Assembly (NCBI GenBank): GCA_012295275.1
Contig: CM022674.1
Location: 8,246,001 to 8,310,000 of the forward strand
Reading direction: 5' to 3'
DNA from: Chrysomallon squamiferum
Lineage: Eukaryota > Animalia > Mollusca
DNA: 64,000 nt
The translations under genes and the position numbers were made by a program. Shown here piece by piece: positions 54,840-64,000 of this stretch (positions within the stretch are counted from its first letter, which is position 1; each line of letters begins with the position of its first letter). A model generated the notes under the pieces. That model had not been told where the DNA came from. It made no database searches and saw only the letters and a list, made by a program, of their open reading frames with translations.

Positions 54840-55920
54840 ATTATGATATTTTCTCTATGTGAGATTAGAAATATAGTATGTAATTATGACGTTAGAAATA
54901 TATTATTTTCTCTATAAAACATTAGAAACATAATATGTTTTTCTGCGACACATTAGAAACATCTGTATTTTCTATACAATACAGTAAAAATATAAATTAT
55001 ATGTATTTAGAAACATAGTAATTTCAATACAACACAGTAGAAATATAAATGAAATGTTTTACGCATATAGAAACATGGTATTTTCTGACATACTAAAAGC
55101 AGTATTTTATATACGGACAGACAGACAGTACAGTTAATAACACAGACTCACACATTAACTTTATTTCTATTAATTGGGTATCTTATGTTTTGGTTATTTA
55201 GTTTGTGTGTGTTTTTCTGTGGATATGTATATACGTATGTGTGTGTGTTATTAACTGTACTGTCTGTTTGTCCGTTTCTTTACACAAACATACGCACGAA
55301 CACACACCTTTTAAATAAGCCTCATAATTAGATACCTAATTAATATAAATAAAGTAACCGCTACGATATTACATAAACATATACACTAATTAACATCACG
55401 TGCTGAAATTTAACAAAAGAGGAAAGTATAGATTCTTGCAGCTGTTAATCTCCAAGAAGTAAAGAGAAATTTAAACACAGAGAGTGAGAGAAAAGGGTTC
55501 ATTACTTTATCGATAATTGCCTTGACGTTTGGCAGGCAGGTTTCCCTGCTGAATTCATCCAAATTATTGCACTAATTAATGTGATTTACAACTCCGGATA
55601 TACCCGCACGTGTCTGTTGTCGCGATTCCTTCAGAGTTAGTGAGACGAGCTTTTTTGTCAGATGTTTGCCAAATAGAAAATTGTATGTTTCTAATGTGTC
55701 GAATAGAAAATACTATGTTTCTAATCTATCATAAAGAAATTGCTGTGTTTTTAAACTGTCTTATATTCTGTTATAGAGAAGACACGATGCTTCACACAGA
55801 AAATACTGTATTTCTAATCAGACATAATTATAGCAAATACTATATTTTAAATAATGCTATTTAGAAAATACCATTTCTTAATATCTCGTATAAATGTATA
55901 TGTTTCATACAGAAAATATA
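54840..55920. other. Fold-back structure: inverted arms of a degenerate ~30-bp repeat around a core with two inverted-repeat pairs
   Basis: 54921-54975 aligns with the reverse complement of 55673-55725, including an exact 17-mer CGACACATTAGAAACAT (54946-54962 vs 55685-55701). Core inverted repeats: 55113-55144/55244-55275 and 55158-55183/55330-55355. Confidence 0.7.
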
Positions 55921-56077
55921 CATTATTTGTCTGTGAAAAACATGAACGAATGTATTCTATCTGTAGTTCCATCATGCTGCGGAAAGAAAAACATTCAAAA
56001 AGTTAAAGAAAAAAACGTAGAAACTTCCTTTTAGGTAACTCTCCAAGTGATTACAAAATAAATGTAAAAAGATATAG

Positions 56078-56234
<157 letters not shown>

Positions 56235-57121
56235 CCTTTTTAGTTTATTCCCCGAAGAAAATAATTCAGAGGAGTTCATACTTTTCATTTTAAAGAATTA
56301 CAAATAAGAAACTAAATATACGTACACATTTCTAAAGTGAAATAATACATTTCTAGAGTCAGTTCGAGAGGCTTATTAAACAAACATTAGGTGGACGGAG
56401 CCTGTTACAAAACACTTCAAACTAGAAGTCACTTGTCACCGTACACCGATGTGAAGAGGTTCAAACCATAAAAACGCATTTTATTGTTTCTTTCGAATTT
56501 TGCTTTCGTTTTTATGTTAGAATTTTATTGCCTATAATTTGCTGGTCCTCGTACAGGAAATAACATTTCAGCAGCTAAATGCTGGATTTCCTCGGCGTCT
56601 GTTACTTTCTATATAAAGCTTAGAAATTACATTGTCGAGTCAACAGCACAGAAAGGTTGCATTACATATCCAATTTGATCCATCCAAATAATTTACACAG
56701 ACAAAAACATAAAAGCGTGGGATGACGGTCACTTTAAAAACAGAATCAAGATCACCGACAGCCAGACAGACAGACTAGCACAGTGATTTACTCACATACA
56801 CTGCTGACACAGAGACATACAAGCTGAATCACCTGTAGAACTACGTGTAGAACTACATATAGACAGACATACTAACACTGATACTAATACTTAGGTATAC
56901 TAAAGCAGAAAGTGAATGACTAACACTTAGTAAATCAGAGACATACTATCAGATACGTAAACACATACGAAGATTACTGACAGACACGAGTACAGATATG
57001 TTAACTTAACGACAGACATACAAACGTAGAAATACAATCACGGAGACAGCAAGATTAAAAAAAAAAAAAAAAAAACAAAAAACAGACAAAAAAGAAACAG
57101 ACAAACTAATCAAAAACAAAC

Positions 57122-58375
57122 AAAAACATATCACACATTGCATATAGACAGACAATACAAAGACTTTGAAAGACATTAAAACATATCACACATAGCACAT
57201 AGACAGACAATACAAAGATATTGAAATACATTAAAACATACCGCACATAGCACCTAGATAATACAAAGACTTTGAAAGACATTAAAACATATCACACATA
57301 ACACATAGACAGACAATACAAAAACTTTGGAATACATTAAAACATATCACACATTGCACATAGACAGACAGTACAAAAACTTTGAAAGACATTAAAATAT
57401 ATCCACATAGCACATAGACAGACAATACAAAAACTTTGGAATACATTAAAACATATCACATATTGCACATAGACAGACAATACAAAAACTTTGAAAGACA
57501 TTAAAATATATCCACATAGCACATAGACAGACAATACAAAAACTTTGGAATACATTAAAACATATCACATATTGCACATAGCCAGACAATACAAAGACTT
57601 TGAAAGACATTAAAACATATCCCACATTGCACATAGACAGACAATACAAAAACTTTGGAATACATTAAAACATATCCCACATTGCACATAGACAGACAAT
57701 ACAAAGACTTTGGAATACATTAAAACATATCACATATTGCACATAGCCAGACAATACAAAGACTTTGAAAGACATTAAAACATATCCCACATTGCACATA
57801 GACAGACAATACAAAAACTTTGGAATACATTAAAACATATCCCACATTGCACATAGACAGACAATACAAAGACTTTGAAAGACATTAAAACATATCCCAC
57901 ATTGCACATAGACAGACAATACAAAGACTTTGAAAGACATTAAAACATATCCACACAGCACATAGACAGACAATACAAAAGCTTTGGAATACATTAAAAC
58001 ATATCACATATTGCACATAGACAGACAATACAAAAACTTTGAAAGACATTAAAATATATCCACATAGCACATAGACAGACAATACAAAAACTTTGGAATA
58101 CATTAAAACATATCACATATTGCACATAGACAATACAAAGACTTTGAAAGACATTAAAACATATCACATATAGCACCTAGACAATACAAAGCATTTGAAA
58201 GACATTAAAACATACCACACATAGCACATAGGCAGACAATACTAAAACTTTGAAATACACTAAAACATATCACACATAGCACCTAGACAATACAAAGACT
58301 TTGAAAGACATTAAAACATATCACACATAGCACATAGACAGACAATACAAAAACTTTGAAATACATTAAAACATA
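57122..58375. repeat. 55-bp minisatellite, about 23 copies, partly organised as 110-bp dimers
   Basis: CATTAAAACATAT at 57174, 57229, ...; TTTGAAAGAC and TTTGGAATAC variants alternate. Confidence 0.97.
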
Positions 58376-59160
58376 CACAGGTATACTAACACTTTAAACA
58401 CAAACACACACACAGTTGTTGTTGTAGTAATACTAGAATAATAGTGATCATATAGCAGCAATATTATAGTAGTTGTACTGTAGTAGCAATAGCAGAAGTA
58501 GGCATGTTGTTGTATTAGTGGTAGTTGTTGTAGAAAAAAGCCTGTATTGTAATAGTAATAATAGTAGTAATAGCAGAAGTTGTAATAGTATTACAACAGC
58601 CACGACTCATAAACTAATAAACTAGAGTAGTAGCTTATTCTAAACTCTCCTACAAGCCACAAATACAAATTTATGACTAAAAGAAGAAGAAGAGAAAACA
58701 ATGAAAATCGATTACACTACCAATTAATATGTTTCCAGCGTGGAACCAGTTAAATGAGGGCATGTAGCGGAAACAGGAAGCGGAAATGCCTATGGTTAGG
58801 ATTTCGATCAGCTGTGACTACCACCCGCCGTCATTAGCTGCTGTCTCACAATTAGTTTGCTATTCCAGAGAGCAGAAGACAAAAACGACGAGTCATAATT
58901 AAAGATGACCTTTTATAATTGATTTTAATTTTTTCTTTTTTGGTCTTTTTTTCTCAAACAGGCCAGTTAAAATAAACTGATAAAAAAGTTTGTAATTCAA
59001 CAATCAACCACTATATTTAAATAGTTTAACATTTGATTTCAGTTTTTCTCTTCAAACAGTTCAGATCGTATTAAAACTGTGTATTTCAGTATTAGTGTGC
59101 AAAATGAGTATACTGTTTGATAAAAGTTTTCCTTCGAAGAAGACGTACTGTACTAATAGG

Positions 59161-59339
<179 letters not shown>

Positions 59340-62058
59340 AATAGATAAATACAGACGGGTGGCTGGGTGGTTGGTGATTGGGTGACTTTGTGGCTGAGTT
59401 GGTGCATGGATGAACGGACGAACTGACAAGAATTCAGGCAGAAAGCCAGATATACAAGACAGAGAGACTTTTCAAAATATTCCTCTTCAGTATAAAGATA
59501 ATATTCATCGCAATTTGTCTGAAATAAATAAGCAGTTTATGAGCTGGCAGTATAAGAATTGTTTCTGTATGAAATTTGCGAAGAAATTAAATATAAAAAG
59601 ATCGCGATGAAGTTGGTTGGTGGTAAAGGTGCAAGATGTAATCGATTCACAAAATGTAAACTGGTCAAATTATTGAATTAAACACAGGAAAAGGTTTTTA
59701 GGAGTTGAGTCTATCCATCTATTATGGATAGGCTGTTTAATTAAAGATGGCTAGGCGGTGGCGATCAATTTCAACTGAGACTGGAAATTGAATCGTAGAA
59801 GCGATACAAACAAGAGCTTCATTACAGACTCCAGTATAAATCACGACAGAAAGACAGTTTGTTCCTGCGGATATCAGCACCCAACCTGACATCTCTCCAA
59901 CATCAGCTTCAATTATGTCTATCAGCAGTTTTGAAATCACATTATAATCCATGTTTAACACTTCTTCTTGGAAACTGTTATCGTCATGATACTGTAGTGT
60001 GCTCAGTTACTCAAAGAAAGACTGACAGTTTTGTGAGATCAGGTAATATGAGCTATTCATGTAGTGTGAGGCAACGATGCATTGTATGCTGAATGTACGA
60101 GGTATCTGATTTGATTTGGAATGAAATAGAAAGTTGTCAGTGCTTTTTACATGGATTAAACATTATGTATAAGAAAGGAAAAAGTCCGCTCTAGGATCGC
60201 CATATTGGTAGATGCGAATTGTCAGGGCGTCCATAAAAGCTACTGCCAAACATTATCACCACATCCATCCATTAAACTAGAAACATTATTACATATAATA
60301 ATTAGAATATAAAATGTAAATTGTAGCACGATTTTATAAAAATATGATCTGAGTAGTCACCGTGTTCACAAATTCATGTTAACATTATTAAAAAGGAATA
60401 ATTAAAATTAAAATAGGTATAAATAAATAAAAAAAATTAAATAAATAAAAAGTCTGAAGTTAGAAAAGTGTGTTTTCAGTAATGGTAATCTGAAACAAGA
60501 CTCGACTGTTGTCGAGTTGTAAGAAATGTTTTCTTTCCTGACAAGTTTTTATCATCAAACGTGGCTGAGCTTTCCTCATTTACTCACTTGTCACGCGAAA
60601 ATCAAAGTTACTAGTTTATAAATAACATGAAGATGTTGTCGTAGACGGCAATGAGAATTAGCAGACATCGTTAAACACGTAGTATAGCTTTAATTTGCTT
60701 ATCAAAACGACTGCCGTTTACATAACGACAATGAGCTGATGACTGGGATGCGCTGTCTGAACTGGTCTCGTTGTAACAGTGGACAGTGTAACAGCCCAGA
60801 CACCGTCTGCAGATCATTCAAGTCTCACTGCTTTTCGATTTTCGCGAAGATTTCTCTAACAACAAGAAGATAAATAAATACAGCAAAAGTCGAAAGCAAT
60901 CATCATAAAAACTGAATTCTCGGTGGTGTGTCATATTACAACATAGTTTCAAATACTTGTGTTTCTCGCTGGCAGTAAAACACAGATTAAGACTCATTTA
61001 GTTTTATGTTCAACAACAATAAACACAGACATACTCACCCACTTTAGTCTTGTGTTTATTTCTTACTGCACAATTACTGTGAGAGAAATCTAGACAGTGC
61101 TAATGCAGTGGCAAGCGGAGAGAACGAACAGTGGCAGCTTTCTGTAAAGCTGATTTCGCATGATTAAAAGTAACTAGGTTTAAATTCATTCCAGTAAATT
61201 TCGTTCATAAATCATGGTTTTTAAATAAGATTAATTAAATATTTATAACTAAAATAATGATATATGTATGTATGTATTTGCCTTACACCGAGAGAGAGAG
61301 AGAGAAGAGGCAGAGACATACACGGATAATCCAAACTCTTTCCTTCGCTCTCTTTCTTTCTATCGTCTTTTGTTCAGTCATTCTCTCTCTCTCTTCTTCT
61401 TCTTCTGCCATAAAATGTCATGAAGATTACGTAGAAATGGTATCCTATATAAAATTAATTATAAGAACTAATAAAATTTCATTCCATTTGATATTTGGCC
61501 AGAATGCACTGCAACAAAACTTTAGCAATAAAGTAAATGATATCAATATATTCCTAAAACATTTCGGATAAATAAACCCTATATTAATTTGTTTTCATTA
61601 TTTTCATAAACACTCAAATTTTTTTTTTTTTTTTTTTTTTAACGCTGTCAGAGACAGTAAATCTAAATTAAATCAAACTCTGTAAATTTCAAAGAGACGA
61701 AAAAATATTAATATTTGTGAATTTCTTATTACTTAATTTTCCTTTAAAGACACTTTACAAAAAATAAGAAACCTATCAATCAATAAGAATAACATAATAA
61801 ATAACATTAATAAAGAATAAAAGAAGAAGGAGAAAACATCGGACGTCAGGTAATGGTTATATGATGAGAACAAATATCCATCAACAAACTGTCTAATGGT
61901 GGTTCTCTTGAATCAGTAATTACCATTAGTACCCACTTTTATTTATTTTTTATTCTGTTCTTCACAGCATAAAAAGGGACAGTTAGACAGATAGCTAAAA
62001 CATTTTCATTAATAATACTGATATGATTCGAAACAGTTAAAACATATTATGTATTAAT

Positions 62059-62165
<107 letters not shown>

Positions 62166-62421
62166 ACGTTAGATATGGAGACAGACATACAAACAAATGC
62201 AGGCACATACAGAAAGAGATAGAGAGCTATAGAGAAAAAGTGAGAGAAGAACATATTTGAAATTATTGAAAAACTAGTTCATTCTCATGGGTTTGCTTCA
62301 ATATTACATGAACAAAAAGTAATAACAGAAATTACCCACATACATTGCGTTACATGACAAATGGGTATAAAGAATATCACTTCATAAGTATAACAGCTTT
62401 ACAAAAAGGTATATTACACAT

Positions 62422-62595
62422 TATAACTGTTGTAACGTGACATTGTCTAGTGAAGATTTTCAAGTATAACTGTTGTAACGTGACATTGTCTAGTGAAGAT
62501 TTTCAAGTATAACTGTTGTAACGTGACATTGTCTAGTGAAGATTTTCAAGTATAACTGTTGTAACGTGATATTGTCTAGTGAAGATTTTCAAGTA
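62422..62595. repeat. 43-bp tandem repeat, 4 copies, abutting the MITE
   Basis: TATAACTGTTGTAACGTGACATTGTCTAGTGAAGATTTTCAAG at 62422, 62465, 62508 and 62551; a diverged fifth unit resumes after the MITE. Confidence 0.95.
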
Positions 62596-63111
62596 CAGTT
62601 GTACCTTGACTTACGAGTTTAATTCATTCCCTGACCGAGCTCTTATATCAATATGCTCGTATATCAAATCAGTTTTCCTATCTGAAATTAATAAATACCA
62701 TTAATCAGTTCCAGCCCACCAAAACCACCACATTTTTTTCTAACGTGATTTGAAATAACAAAAATGTAATGATAAATGACAAATATTGTATAAAATATTG
62801 TATAAAAAACAGTGCACTCACTTTCTTAGCATCCATGGTCAAAAAAGAAATTTGGCAAAATACTGCACAAAACGCGAGCACAACACAACAGAAATGCTTC
62901 CGCGGCGAGTTAACCACGTGAAATAAACGAGTGACACACGGGATGCTGGCAGGATGTTATGTTGTTCGTTGCGCCAACTAGCGGCGGCGTATCTGAAGCT
63001 CGTTCGTAACTCGGAATTAGGTTCACAACTCAAAGCAAAAACTCAACCGGGCGGCTGCTCGTAACTAGAAAAACTCGTAAGTTGAGGCACTCGTAAGTCG
63101 AGGTACTACTG
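62596..63111 (-). mobile_element. Non-autonomous Tc1/mariner-superfamily (pogo/Tigger-type) DNA transposon, MITE, 516 bp
   Basis: 23-bp TIRs: CAGTTGTACCTTGACTTACGAGT and, on the other strand, CAGTAGTACCTCGACTTACGAGT (2 mismatches). TA flanks both sides (62594-62595, 63112-63113). Subterminal CTCGTA repeats. No transposase ORF. Confidence 0.9.
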
Positions 63112-63148
63112 TATTGTAAAACGACATGGTCTAGTGAAGATTTTCGAG

Positions 63149-63379
63149 TATATTACACATTATATCTGTTGTAACATGACACACACTGTCAACTCTGGCT
63201 GCAAGTTGGAGTGCACTTTTTTCTGTATATTACACATTATATCTGTTGTAACATGACACACACTGTCAACTCTGGCTGCAAGTTGGAGTGCACTTTTTTC
63301 TGTATATTACACATTATATCTGTTGTAACATGACACACACTGTCAACTCTGGCTGCAAGTTGGGGTGCACTTTTTTCTG
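63149..63379. repeat. 77-bp tandem repeat, 3 copies
   Basis: TATATTACACATTATATCTGTTGTAACATGACAC... at 63149, 63226 and 63303. Confidence 0.95.
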
Positions 63380-64000
63380 GAACTCATAACATCATCTCAA
63401 ATTAATTTTCGTAATAAACGAACAAACATTAAATTGAAACGATAAAAAGAAAAAAAAAAAACAAGAAGATATTTCATGCGATGACTATGATTTTGTACGG
63501 ATGACATCTATTAGTTGCACGTATGGGTGTCTGTTATTAAATGAATGGCTAGCTATGGTCTGTTCGTTGTATGGTGACTGTTTTTATTAGTTGTATGGGT
63601 GATTATAATTTGTTAGTTGTGGGTGATTGCAGAGTATTAACTGTTATAGGGGGATTGTCATTTATTCGGGTGACTCTGTTTATCAATAATAGTTTAATAC
63701 ATTGTCTCGCTGTAACCTAGGTTCATACCAATATGATGCTGTACATTGGATATATAATTATAACAGACATAGATTTAAAAGCTGCGAAAGCATTTCCAAA
63801 TCTGAAGATTAGTGATAATCCAAGGAGAGTGACACGTTAAGAACTTACACTGTATTATAAAACTGTAATTTTTCACAAAACGATCACAAAGTAACAAGAT
63901 CTTCGGTATATGACGATCTAAAATGAGTATGATGACATCCACAAATTCAGAATATTTTTATTTATTTTATTTTTTATCTGCAAAAGCAGAAATCTGTTCA

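Noticed and set aside
60500-60517. Small hairpin ACTCGAC-TGTT-GTCGAGT
   Set aside because: 7-bp stems are expected by chance in 64 kb, and no Helitron CTRR end follows.

Overview
AT-rich, repeat-dense eukaryotic DNA. The one gene and the repeat landscape suggest an invertebrate, most likely a mollusc or other lophotrochozoan; this is inference. Only one protein-coding region is supportable: an intronless 379-aa class A neuropeptide GPCR of the myosuppressin-receptor/DMSR-1 family on the minus strand (18827-19966). It is preceded by a splice acceptor at 20084-20085, so its promoter and first exon lie further right; a candidate donor sits at about 44043. The rest is non-coding: about ten minisatellite arrays (24-79 bp units), many microsatellites, and one clear 516-bp Tigger/pogo-type MITE (62596-63111) that appears to keep the first 8 codons of its transposase. 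The most unusual structure is a ~1.1-kb fold-back region at about 54840-55920. Its inverted arms are built from a degenerate repeat and enclose two interleaved (A-B-A'-B') inverted repeats. Several minisatellite edges look like assembly consensus artefacts. Nearly all other ORFs in the track are translations of simple repeats. I see no firm evidence for a novel multi-gene system.
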